Below are positions 38,519 to 50,706 of a stretch of 64,000 nucleotides of DNA, one piece after another. Each line of letters opens with the position of its first letter. Positions within the stretch are counted from its first letter, which is position 1. The stretch spans positions 23,565,882 through 23,629,881 of the forward strand of contig JARDVH010000150.1 in NCBI GenBank assembly GCA_030324005.1, in the 5' to 3' direction. The notes beneath the pieces are model-generated. The model searched no databases, was not told the origin of the DNA, and saw nothing but the letters and a program-made list of their open reading frames with translations. The position numbers were made by a program, and so were the translations under genes. Source of the DNA: Negaprion brevirostris (taxonomy: Eukaryota).

Positions 38519-39250
38519 CTGAGAAAGAGTTAACTTGTGTTAAGAAGGGTAGAACATTTAACTGTTTACTATTGGCCTGTGTTTATAACCTGCCCAGAAT
38601 TGATACAATTCCTAAAGCATGACCTGCCATCCATTGTGCAAATAGGAAGTCGATTTCCTGTCCTCCATAATCAGTGAGTTGTAAAGACACCATTCACCAT
38701 GCCTTGCACTTGAATTAGGTCTGACCTGAAAGTAGATGCCCCATGTTCCACCAGTTACACAATTGTATTAAACAGGCCACCTGCCACTTCTGCTATCAAG
38801 TTGCAAGAATCTTACACTGAACATTCCTTAAATAGTACACAAAAGGTTTGCACATGAAATTTTGTTGCAAGTTGCCATCAAAATTCAGACAATACGGGCA
38901 ATTAATCATATTCTGCAGCAGGAAATTCTAGCTTAAAGCTAGGTCTTGAATACCAGGGCGTAAGAAAGAGGCATTTTCCCATCCCACCCACCACAGGATG
39001 TGTAGCTGGCAAGAGTAGATCATGGAAATGTCTGTTGACCCTGAGCAGGAGCACTTGGAAAAATCCCATCCTTAGAGTTGAAAATTTCTTTGACAGTAAA
39101 AAATGTTTAAGGGTTTGTAATTTCACTAATGAAGTATGCAGGGATCATTTTTTAAAAAAATATCTAATCGTTGATACACTCAGCAGGTCTGACAGCATCT
39201 GGGGAGAGAAAACAGCTAACTTGAGTCCAGATGACCCTTTGTCAGAGCAG

Positions 39251-39516
39251 TGTAGTGCAACCTTTGCAAAGACAGATGTAGAAATGACTGGGAGACTCTG
39301 ATTAGGAAACTGGATCAGATGGGGCTCTTCCCTCTCCCCCTTCTTCCCCCTCCACCCCCCCACCCCACCAAGGGAATTAACTATAAAAAGAGCTAGACAG
39401 CTGGATAAACAGGTGAAAATGAAGCAGCTGAGATGTAGCATAGTAAGTGGTAACAGTGGGGGGGACTCTCGGAGGCAACAGCAATTGAACACTTAAACCA
39501 ATAGCTCGTGTTTACA
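39251..39516 (+). mobile_element. Small solo LTR-like element
   Basis: TGT...ACA termini with internal CTATAAAA. Confidence 0.35.
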
Positions 39517-40695
39517 TTGAGTTTGGATAATCCTTGGATCAAATCTGCAGATTTTCAAACCATTTCCATAGCCAAACAACCAAGTAGCAATCACTACTTT
39601 TGTACATCCCGCTTATTAATTTTATCTAGTTCTAAATTCTAATATGATAACATCCTTTTTTTTAACATATGTTATTTGCACTGATATGGACCATGACTGC
39701 TAGCTGTTTACCCTCCCTCATGTGTACCTGGTTTTATTTGTTTCAATGCTCCAAAATGTGGTGCATAGCCAAAGACCAAGAGTTACATAAGCAGGAGTCC
39801 AGCTAATATCAAAATCCAAGAACCAACTCACATGCTGAAATTTAGTTTCAGAAAACAGAATGAATGTTCTATTTATATTTAAAGTATAATATTGTTCTCA
39901 TTCCTCAACTTACTTCCACTCAGGGATTTAACAGTGCAAAATTCCATTCAGTAATTTAAAAAGGAACAAGTTAGTTTCTTTGAAGTTAACGGAAAATAAA
40001 ATTAAACCAACATATTAGGATACAAAATGGCAAATTTATGGTTTGTTACTGCACCCTTGTGATGCTCATGTGTATTGCAGTTCTGCTATGAAGCAAAAGG
40101 TGGTACAAGCAAACTAACTCCCTCTTTGAGCATCACAGCCAGTGATTCATATCTATTGTTGGTCATCATTCATTGATGCAGGGGTGACTGCTGCATAGTG
40201 CTGATCTGTAATAATGCAAGTTTTAATGTTATGCATTTCCACACGCAAATGTGGAGAATTTGGTGCTAGTGCTTTAATACAGATTGCTGTTGAAATCAAC
40301 CTGATATAAAGTGATGCTGTGCTTGCAGATTTCCTTGTATAAATTTTGGTAACCAAAATTGGGCTTTCTTGACAATACCTCCCTCTATATTGTGCACTTG
40401 GGCAACGATCATCAATTCTGGCTCTGATACCATTAATGTGACTTCAGCACTGCCATGATACTCAAATTAGAAAGCTGCAACAATTCTCATTACTGCCAGT
40501 GGATCCAAACGACCTTTTCCTAATAAAGCTCATCTGAATTGCTGCTTCTGATGTGTAGAAGTTTTGATATCACATAGTAGCTTTCTTAATACATGGTTGT
40601 TATGGATTCTTAGTTGAATAGCAGTGGCAAATTTAATTTTTCCAAGCCCTTAAAATGCCAGAAGAATTGTAATCTCATCAAGCTTAATTTTTGAC
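39516..40695 (-). pseudogene. Two decayed exons (39914-40695 and ~39516-39834) separated by a 79-bp intron
   Basis: aatgacag acceptor. SKIKLDEITILLAF*GLGKIKFATAIQLRIHNNHVLRKLLCDIK...ALLGKGRLDPLAVMRIVAAF. gtaagt donor at 39913, aaatttcag acceptor at 39835. The lower boundary abuts an LTR-like insert. Confidence 0.55.
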
Positions 40696-40739
40696 CTGTC
40701 ATTAGAAAATGATAAAATGAAAAATAATCTACTTGGGGC

Positions 40740-41000
40740 GCTTCAGTCTAAGTAAAATGGCTGAATCTGCCAAAGATAGATGCTACATCAGCAAACAGGA
40801 CCAAGTACCAGAACATCTCTTATCTTGGTCTTCTCTCAATCTGCACAGATTACAAAGTCTTCCATCTGACCATAAAACGTTATCCCAAAAGTACACAAGG
40901 ATAGACAGAAGATGTCAAACAGCAATGTTGGAAATAAAACAGGATCCTGCTTTACTCCATTCCATTGGGAAGTCAGATTTCATTTCTCTAGATGGTTTGT
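40740..41000 (-). mobile_element. RTE-type LINE RT fragment
   Basis: GVKQDPVLFPTLLFDIF...SDGRLCNLCRLR...KIRDVL...ADVA resembles RTE GVKQGCVLAPTLF / SDGRLFNLARL / LFADD. Confidence 0.65.
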
Positions 41001-41224
41001 CTGGAAGAGAAGAGAATCAAACTCTACAGAGCAGAAAGCCATGTGGCACTGAGCCTGTACCAACAGCAATCCCACCTATAGCCAACCTAATCTGCACATC
41101 TTTGGACTGAGAGGAAACTGGAGCATGTGGAGGAAACCCATACAGTCACCCAAGATGGAATTGAACCTAGGCCCCTGGCATTGAGGCGGCAGCACTAATC
41201 ACTATGCCACCCATAGAATTAGAT

Positions 41225-43179
41225 TCTATGAAAAGCTTTCATGATCTATAGGTTTCTTTTGGGGACATAGTTTCTGCTATGTCATTCCTGTACTTTTGAA
41301 ATTGGCTCAGATAAAAGATGATGGGTGGTTGAATGAACTCAAACCATAAACCCAGCAAGTTTTCATTTATGGAGGAGAAGTGACTGGCCACTATCTGGGC
41401 AATGAAATGTTATAGTTTATGGCAACATGACTTGCTGCTTGTTTTTGCGTATAGTGACAATTTGCAAATCTCATTTCTCACCACAAATTGACAAGAATGA
41501 TTCCTAAAACAGCTGGGGCCCCTCAGTTCAATGTCTTCTGCTGATAATCCATCAGCATCAGGCACTTCCATTAAATAACTACTCTCTAAGCACTGCTGTA
41601 AGATCTCCTATGGAGTGAGGGCATGTCTAGTTACTATTCAACTCAATTTACATACTGCGTAACATTCAACGATAAACTTAGTGAACTAAGATACAATCCT
41701 AAACCAAGTAGCATTCAGGCTAAAGTTGCACTTGGAAGAATCTTTGACATGAGCAAAATGTAACAGTAATTGGGCAAACAAAAATTGGATTGAAATCTTG
41801 TTATCAGGTCTCTTGTCTGTTTTGCAGTGTTTACCTAGATATGGCTGAGTATAACATGTCACATTGATCAGAAACACCTGCCTTAAAATTGCGGCTATCA
41901 AATTGAAAATGGCAATATTTAAAACATGCTGTAGTAGTTCAAGGACATCAGCCAAGCACCAATCCAAAAACAATCCAGAGATATTATCCAGTGAACAGTT
42001 TGGGTTTTGACAACTTGCAGCAGTGATCAGCCAGATTCTCCATCTGTTCACAATTTTGCTTCTACAAAGACAAGGTCTCCAAAGCCTCAAAGAGAGTGAT
42101 CCCCTACACAGCCAAAAAGCTTCCAGCAGACATCCACATTAAAAGGTAACCCATTACTGGCTGAGAGATATGCACTCCTTCAAGTGGGAACTTGCCCCTT
42201 TTGACTACTACATCTACTGATTACGTGAATACTCAAGTCTACATCTTTCTTCCCATCTTAAATATACTGCTTTCTGCATGTGTAACTGTGTGTAGGTCCA
42301 TTCATCTTTGATTGTGCAAGCATATGCCCAAAATTCTATTCAGTTCACCTCATGTCTTTTTAATATGCTCAAGTTTAACTCCAATCTTTACTGGTTAATG
42401 CACATAGGATGGGTAGATGAACAGTTGCCCTTTGGAATTTATGGTACTTCTGTTATTCTGAAGCTGAACTAACTACAGGCTATAGGCCACAGACCTATGT
42501 ACAGGCCGCCTTTTACAAGCACCTGAGGGGACTGATGTGTGCTCTCCCAGGTGATAAGACAGCACACTGCAGCCTCAGTGCCAGAGACCTGGGTTCAACT
42601 CCAGCCTCTGGTCACTGTCTATGTGGAGTTTGCATATTCATGTCCGCATGGGTTTTGTCTGGGTGCTCTGGTTTCCTTTCACAGTCCAAAGATGTGGGTT
42701 ATGTTGACTGGCCATGCTAAGTTGACCCTAATGTTTGGGGGTGGGGGTGGATGGCGGAGAGGGTGACTTGTGGTCAGTACAGACTTGATGGTCCAAATGG
42801 CCTGCTTCTGTACTGTCAGGATTCTATGGATTCTAGTGTGGCCCATTGTGTTGAACCAATACACAAAGGGCACAAGCCATTCACAAACAGGAAGGTATAG
42901 CAAATGGAATTGGATGAATGAAGTCCTCCAAAATACTACGTTGGAGTCTAGCTCTCAGTCCTTGAAGGCCAGAAATACAACACCGTCAATTCAGTTGTCA
43001 GACAGGCATTCAGTTGTCAGACAGCGTATCTAAAAATCAAAGCAGACTCCTGGGGATCCTAAACGATTTAAAAAGTCCTGCAAAAGCATATGCTCTAGAA
43101 GTGGAATTCAGTGATGCATATCTCTCAATCCGTGCAAGGGCATACCACTTACAATTAAAGTACCAAAACATTAAGATAC
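41225..43179 (-). pseudogene. Large decayed exon with SINE insertion
   Basis: ccttaacag acceptor. Includes the stop-free ORF 41686-42090; the same frame continues ~150 more codons with 5 stops. 19-bp tandem duplication at 42989-43024. Confidence 0.65.
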
Positions 43180-43365
43180 CTGTTAAGGCAGTTTTATTTC
43201 AGTAACCAAATATCTGTGATAGTACATATACAAGGAGAAGACAGACAATAGTGAGGATTGAATGAACAGAGTAGATTTCCCTCGATTTATATTGGGGATC
43301 AACCTTACATTTGATCTTGTAACACAAGCTGGAATGGCATCAAGGAGAAGTTAAAATTGACTCAC

Positions 43366-45240
43366 CCTCTTGTCCACCTCCATCCACTGTCCCCAGCAGG
43401 ACTTCAGGCCAGTTCCTGCATTGTCCCTAGCTGGAATTCATTCTTGCAACAGCCCAGGTGATGAAACCTGATCCTTTCTATCTCTAAAGTGGCCCTCTGT
43501 GCTGCTGTCAATAAGGTTTCACTTGCCTGGCAGCCAAAGTGCTTCTGTGCAGTTTAACATTTAAAGCTATTGCAACTATTTATTCTGCAGTAGTACACAA
43601 TTTTGAATTTCCAGTGATCTTTCAGGTTCGACAAATTGTCAGAAGCTTTTAACTTGTCCCACAGACAGACAGGCAGCAGCATAGAAAGTCTCAGTGAACG
43701 CACATTGATCTAGGCAGATTGCACCAGACCTCTCACCTACTCATCACGAAGATGCATCTCAAAATCTCATACCTCAAAAAAAACTTGAACCAAAATGCTA
43801 TTCACTAGCCAGACAAACAGTTGTGCATGTTAGAGTTCCATTGTCCAACAGTTCTAAATGCAGGAACTGCCACGACGGATCAGCCATGATCTTATTGAAT
43901 GGCGGGGCAGGCTCGAAGGGCTAGGTGGCCTACTCCTGCTCCTATTTCTTATNNNNNNNNNNNNNNNNNNNNNNNNNNNNNNNNNNNNNNNNNNNNNNNN
44001 NNNNNNNNNNNNNNNNNNNNNNNNNNNNNNNNNNNNNNNNNNNNNNNNNNNNNNNNNNNNNNNNNNNNNNNNNNNNNNNNNNNNNNNNNNNNNNNNNNNN
44101 NNNNNNNNNNNNNNNNNNNNNNNNNNNNNNNNNNNNNNNNNNNNNNNNNNNNNNNNNNNNNNNNNNNNNNNNNNNNNNNNNNNNNNNNNNNNNNNNNNNN
44201 NNNNNNNNNNNNNNNNNNNNNNNNNNNNNNNNNNNNNNNNNNNNNNNNNNNNNNNNNNNNNNNNNNNNNNNNNNNNNNNNNNNNNNNNNNNNNNNNNNNN
44301 NNNNNNNNNNNNNNNNNNNNNNNNNNNNNNNNNNNNNNNNNNNNNNNNNNNNNNNNNNNNNNNNNNNNNNNNNNNNNNNNNNNNNNNNNNNNNNNNNNNN
44401 NNNNNNNNNNNNNNNNNNNNNNNNNNNNNNNNNNNNNNNNNNNNNNNNNNNNNNNNNNNNNNNNNNNNNNNNNNNNNNNNNNNNNNNNNNNNNNNNNNNN
44501 NNNNNNNNNNNNNNNNNNNNNNNTTTCCAGCTGACATCTTGGAGAATTGGGAATGGGTAAGAAGATTCCAGTTGGACCTTCACCCACATCTCTTGAGTGA
44601 GATGCCTTCAAACCAGCCTCTTACAAGTAGCAGCAGAGAATCCAGCAGGAAATTCATACTGGGGTAAAACCAATTTCTGGGCCTCCTGTGATATTCTTTT
44701 CCCTGCCTGCCAGGATTTAGGAGAATTCTGCCCCAGATATCTGGGATGCTTATGGCAGGAAGTGGTTAGAGGGCTACAGTTATGAAGGATTGGAAAAACA
44801 AGAATGAAACTTGTTGCTAGACCAGGACCCAAAATATGTCAGCAAACAGATGGGGCGGATTTTTCCATTCTGCCTGCCATGGGAATCATAGCGGGCAAGG
44901 GGTGGACCATGGGAAGGTTGACCTTGGGAAGGATTTTCTGGTTTCAGGGTGAGTACAGCTGGAAAATCCCACTTAATGTGGGAACAAAAATTTTGGTGCG
45001 AGTAGGAAACAGGTGCTAAAGTTTGGATGAACTTAAATAAATGCAAGGTGAGAGTTTGACATCAGAACAGCGATTAGGTTTTTGCTGCAATCAAACAGTG
45101 TCCAATTGGACTCAAAAGCCAAGTAATGAATTCAATTTTAATAAATCTCAATACACAAAACTGAACATAAAAAAGTTCAGTTGATTCACATTACAAAAGT
45201 TCAAATGTAAGAAAAAGTCAATCACTCCCAACTGCTCAAC
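43366..45240 (-). pseudogene. Decayed exon spanning N gap, with MITE
   Basis: Textbook acceptor ttctaatttttgttttgcag and donor gtgagt. ...KLVLPQYEFPAGFSAATCKRLV*RHLTQEMWVKVQLESSYPFPILQDVSWK. Frame is restored across MITE 44852-44972. Confidence 0.6.
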
Positions 45241-45349
45241 CTGCAAAACAAAAATTAGAAAATTACTAGAATCAAAAAAAGACTAGGGAAAACAATTATT
45301 TTGCAATACATTGGGCCAGACCAAGCGTACACACTAAACTACATATTAC

Positions 45350-46048
45350 TGAAACACTTGGACCAAATGCCATAGGATTAAAAAAAAGTGTTGAACTAAA
45401 CAGTCAGTTGTGAGCAACATTTCCAATATGTTTTGGCCGTTCCAATTATTGCAGAGAAAGCATGTTGATGCTCCACTAGATGATATTGAAATCACATTGT
45501 TCTAGATTTGTAAGAACCTATAGATTATCCCAACTTCTTGTTCCAATAGAACCGGGATTACGAAAACAAGACAATGGACATTTTGTGATCAATGATGAAT
45601 GAGTGCAGTTTAATTGTTGCACTTTTGCACTGAGGCTTTGGAAGGTCTTTGCCTGCGGATGAGAAGTGCAGCATCACAGATCTATATGAAGCAACCAGAT
45701 TGAAGAACTGTGACTTAAATGGGGTGTAGATTCTAAGTAACATTTCTTAAAATCAGAATATTTAATTTGAATCAAATACAGAAAGCAAAATAAGTCAGAC
45801 CTATCAATACCTGAAGGAATGAAACTCCACATTAACTTCCAATGCTGGGAACTGAGGCTTACTGATGTACTTAGTTTTTTTTTAACTGGTGAAATGGGAT
45901 TGATTAACAGGAAAGTCATAATATGAACAGGCAAATTCAAAACAGTTTGAGAATAATAAATAGCCCAAGGAGGGAAATCAGCATACAAAACCAACTGACT
46001 TAAAAAATTCAAGTGCCACATAACAGGTCATTTTACAAAATTAGAGTT
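45350..46048 (-). pseudogene. Two decayed exons (45811-46048 and 45350-45732) separated by a 78-bp intron
   Basis: Phases 0 to 1, then 1 to 0. First exon has 79 codons with one TGA (VMWHLNFLSQLVLYADFPPWAIYYSQTVLNLPVHIMTFLL...). Donors gtattg and gtaata. Confidence 0.6.
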
Positions 46049-47199
46049 CTGCCATTGTAGCAAATTAGTTAGTGGGTAGAAAAACGATGGGGATAAACTG
46101 TCAGTCACAGTAAGCTGTAACCAGCAAGGTACCACAATGATGATTGTTTGGGCTTCAGCCATTTATTATCTTCATCAAGGACTTAGGATGAAATTTTGCT
46201 TTCCCTCCCAATGTTGTCACAGTGGGAGGTGGTACAATCTTATGGTGCCAGAATATACCCCTCGCTATCAGGAAACCCACAGTGGGGTGCACAGTCAGTG
46301 GGATATTATCACTGGAGTAAATGGCAGCAAGATTTTGGCCAAGTGTAATGCATCTAAATTTATAGATAAAGTCAGGTAGGTAAAGCAAGCTGTGATGTAC
46401 AAGAGGAAATGTTAAGTGGACCAGAACAAGGCAGATGTAATATAAATGTGGAAAAGTTATGTTTACCCATTTTTGGTAGGGAAGGGAGGAGAATTTATTT
46501 TCTCCTGAAGGGATTATGGGGAAAAACAGTGCCCAGCTTTTTATTACCCTTCAGCCACATGAAATATTCTCTCTACCTTAAAACACTGAAAACAAAATGT
46601 CCTAAAAACTCTGCTCTAATAGACATCTCTAGTATCCCACTGAAAAGGTAACTGGCTCAAACATTTCTCAGCAGCTGGTGCCAGACTTGAGTACTTCTAC
46701 CACCTTTGTGTTGTTTCAATTGCAGTCATGGCTCAGTTAGTGTTCTCAAAGTCAGAAGCTTGTGGTTTAGGTCCCAGTACAAGAACAAAACAAGGCAGTG
46801 CACAAAGGTGAACTGCAGTGAGATCAACCATGATGGAATGCAAAAATCAGGTTCAAAACTTTAAATTGTTTGTGCTCTTTGGGTAGCATCCCTATATCTA
46901 CGTGAGAGACACTTCAATAATAAAAAAACTCCAACAGTAAAAACTCCACAGTCCAATCTAAGAATGCTACACAATGTGGTGTGTTTTGGACAAGATGCTA
47001 AACTGAGGCTTGGTCTGTCCTTTCAGATGGGTGCAAAAATGAGAGAGTTATTTACTATTTACTATTCAAATGAACGTCTCAAACAGATTACCTGGCAATT
47101 ATCACATCATAATTTGACATCTTGCTGTGCACATTTTGCCACATGCCCTGCATTGCAGTGATAAAAGTATTTCACTCTGAGATGTCCCAAGGGACATTT

Positions 47200-48132
47200 G
47201 AAAGTGGACTCAACTAGATTTTTTACTGAAACTTGCAAATATAAAATTAGACAAATTTCTCTTCTACCAACAAAAAAGTGAACAGATCAATTTTTGAACA
47301 TCAGATTCAAAAAAGCCTTGGGCAACTTGTACTGAAAACAGCATCAATCTATGGAAGGATTAAGGCAGACAGCAAGCAGAAAGACAAAATAAATTAGGGT
47401 AGATTCTTAAATCTGGAGAAGCAGGAAACAAATTTTGGCAAGCGCAATCTCTTCTGTGAATGTACTCATTGAAGTACGAGTGTATTGAACCTCAAAGTGC
47501 CTGCAGAGTGCAGGAAGTTGACAGCATCATAAGGCACACAGCTTTGGATTTTTTTATAAGCAGTAGCATGGATCAAAGGAAAGCAATATACCGCTTGAAT
47601 GCTTAGGTGTCCTGGTGGAGAAAGAAGGTTATTAAAGCTAGGAGACTGCACAGCATTAAGTCAGAATTATCCCAGGCTTTGGAAGGAATGTTTAGATCTA
47701 GGACATGAAAGCAAACATTAGGAGAATTATCACTGGTAAAGTTAATAGAAAAAAGGTTTTTAAAAAGTTGATGAGTCAGTGACAAGGAAGATAGTGTCAA
47801 TGTCAAATCAATGTCTTCCCATCTTTTCTAACTAAGATTGAAGTGGGTGGCTGGGAGAAATTGCTTTCAGAACACTTGGAACATGGAATACTTTAACCTG
47901 TGTGTACATGACTCTGTTGCATTTTTGAAAATAGTGGATAAACATTTGAACTGTAGGATGATTGAGGACTAATGGGAAAAAATGGATAACTGATTAGTTC
48001 CAGCAACCAAAAAAAGTGATAATGCTGAATGCAGTAAATGGTTCTATGGGAGCACAGGTTTAAAAATAAACCACAAACCCCGACCATGACAAAAGGTTTT
48101 TTTTTGAAGTCAGCAATACAAGACTTTCTAGT
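47200..48132 (-). pseudogene. Probable further decayed exon
   Basis: Three minus-strand ORFs of >=60 aa clustered downstream of a ttaatttcag acceptor. Boundaries uncertain. Confidence 0.35.
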
Positions 48133-50665
48133 CTGAAATTAACAGGTTAAAAGAGTGAAATCTGCATGTTAACTTCGATTTATATACCAGGGCACCCAGG
48201 TCCCTCTGAATGGAAACATCCCCAGTCACAAAATAACTGCTTTTTTTTATATTAGAGTGGATTACATCATTGACATATTTATAGTTCATCCTGATGGTCT
48301 CAGACAATGAATGCTTGCTGTAAATACGAGAAATGATTTTGAGAATCTATAGATTTGAGCAGCATACTTTTGGGGAAAATAGATGACCAAAACCCCAAAC
48401 CAGACAAGCAAACCTGGAAACATGACATTATCTAGTCCTCTCATCTGAATCAGTAATTAATACAGAGATTGGACATAGCTGTAGCCCAAGTATTGGCCCT
48501 TGAGATATCTGGTAGGTGGCAATCTGGAAATATTCCTGCTAGATCCCTTTTTTGTCCCATCCTTGATCCATGTTTATTTTAAGCCCCACAATTCTATGAG
48601 CTCCAGCTGCGCAATAATTGTGCATAGCACCACGTTGGTACCTGTCCAAATTTACTGCAACTGTTGGCACCACCTCAATTGTCAAATTAACAGTTCTCCA
48701 ATTTCTTTCATAAATTGATGTTCATTCTGCCCCATCACTACATCCACTACCGATTTCATAATCACTACTGAGAAAGGAGGATTGGTTTGATTAGCAAGTT
48801 TGTGGATAATAGTTGGTGGATTTGTGGATAGTGATGAGGACCATCAGAGGATACAGATCAGTTGGAGATTTGGGCAGAGAGATGGCAGATTGAGTATAAT
48901 CCAGACAAATGTGAGGTAATGCATTTTGGAAGGTCTAATATAGATAGGAAATATACAGTGAATGGCAGAACGCTTTGGAATATTGATAGGCAAAGGGATC
49001 TATGATTCAAGTCCAATTGCAAAATTTCCTGCTCAATGAATAACCTATCTCCCACTGCATTTTAACCACTCCATAACAATGCATGGTAAAATATTAGTGT
49101 CACGTTTTACTATACATTTAATTCTTTACTTTTATTTACTTCATTCTAACATCACATGCAATCGGCAATAATCTGGAAAATACCTACAATAGACCTGGTC
49201 ATGTAATTTAAGTTGTCAGCCAAATAGAGTGCAAAATCAGAGCAAAACAAATTAGCTTAGAAATTACTGATCAGTTAGAATGTATATGTTTAATAGTTTT
49301 ATTTCAAAATAAGCAAATATAAAAGGCCTGCATTTATATAGCACCTTCTGTGACCTTAGGACTTTATAGTCCATAACACTTAAGAGTGAATGACATCAAT
49401 TCACGATTGTATTGTGGAAAACACATCAATCAATTGTGCTCAACAAGGCCCCACAACCAATAGAAATTGTGGATTTTCAGTTTAAATTGGCATTGGTGAG
49501 GGACTAGCATGGCGGTAATGGCACTCTATACTATCCAGCCTCGGTGTCAATTTTAGCTCTGTAATAGCTCGATCACAACCTGAGTCTGAGGGCAGTGGAT
49601 TCTAATCCTTATTCCAGATGCTTCAGTACAGAACTGAGACTGACAAAAAGAGCTAGACATAAATGTGGACATAAATGTGATGTGGATAGTGTGATAATGA
49701 CCAGATAATATGTGTTTGATTGAGGGATAAGTACTGACTGGTACAGTAGAGAGAACATAAGAAGTGGAAGAACAGGAGTAGGCCATTTGGTCCCTCAAGC
49801 CTGCTACACTATTCAATAAGATCACAGTGTGGAATGATTATGCCCTTAACTCCACTTTGCTGCCTGCGCCCCATAGGCCTTGACTTACCTGTACATCAAA
49901 GAACACCCTTTTTGAAACAAAACCGTGGGAACATTTATGCCTCCTTGACCACAACCCCCAGCCGTCACCTCTGGCCCCCACTACCCACAGACCCCCCACT
50001 AAGGCCCCTTTCAGGCCATGTGTCTTGGCAATGCCAGGAGTGCGCTGCCCCCTGACACCTAGCACTGACACTCTGGCCTGGTGACTTGGACTCTGTGGGG
50101 AGTCAAGAAGCTACGTCCACTGGCCATTTGCCCCCCACTCCCAGGCTGCAGAGGAAGGGTCCCTCTAAGGTCCTAGGATTTGAGTAGACCCAGGCTGAGG
50201 GTAAGAGGTAGAACTCACCTCTCACCCTTGGAATGAGGGCCTCTGGACTGCCCCTTTTAACTCTGGCAGATCTAAAGATCACCCCTGGTATGATGATTTC
50301 TGGTAACCCTGTGATCAACATCTGCATTTCTGCCTGTCAGCTTTGGAAATTTTGATGTGACCAGGTCACTTTAACTCCATACCTTCTGGTCACGCGGCAG
50401 GATTTTAAATCACTGCACCACTCCATTCTGTACGGGCATTTGCCTGTCAGAAGCTATGGGTGTGAGCAGAACTCTTTGAAGTCTTCTGGCAGAGAGGACA
50501 TGTCAATTTCATGTTGGGGGAGGGAGGGGGTTCCATTCTCCACAGCTCTGTGCTCTGCCCTAATGTATTCATGCTGGGGAGATGCTGGCATTGGACTGGG
50601 GTAAACACAGTAAGAAGTCTCACAACACCAGGTTAAAGTCCAACAGGTTTATTTGGTAGCAAAAG

Positions 50666-50706
50666 CCACTAGCTTTCAGAGCGCTTGCTGCTCCTTCGTC
50701 AGGTGA
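50666..50706 (-). ncRNA. Minimal type I hammerhead ribozyme motif in Penelope-like repeat
   Basis: 5'-UCAC CUGACGA A GGAGC AGCAAGC GCUCU GAA AGCU A GUGG-3': intact CUGANGA and GAAA boxes, stem I UCAC/GUGG, stem II GGAGC/GCUCU, palindromic AGCU in place of stem III. Confidence 0.6.

Larger units (their letters stand above)
1..48132 (-). pseudogene. Giant multi-exon unprocessed pseudogene of an unidentified protein (>5,000 codons reconstructed; 3' end outside window, 5' end uncertain)
   Basis: Chain of minus-strand blocks with low stop density, AG/GT boundaries and matching intron phases. Frame is restored when TSD-flanked SINE/MITE/CR1 insertions are removed. Individual blocks are listed below. 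Confidence 0.75.

Noticed and set aside
43854-44667. Six ORFs of >200 aa
   Set aside because: Artefacts of translating through a 571-N gap.
1-48132. Selenoprotein, stop-codon reassignment or U-to-C editing as an explanation for the in-frame stops
   Set aside because: Frameshifts, degenerate splice sites and kb-scale TE insertions inside exons rule out a functional mRNA. That every stop can be read as Q/R after T>C is tautological and is not evidence.
48640-48768. Additional upstream exon (VIMKSVVDVVMGQNEHQFMKEIGELL)
   Set aside because: Sandwiched between CR1 fragments and not linkable by phase, so support is insufficient.
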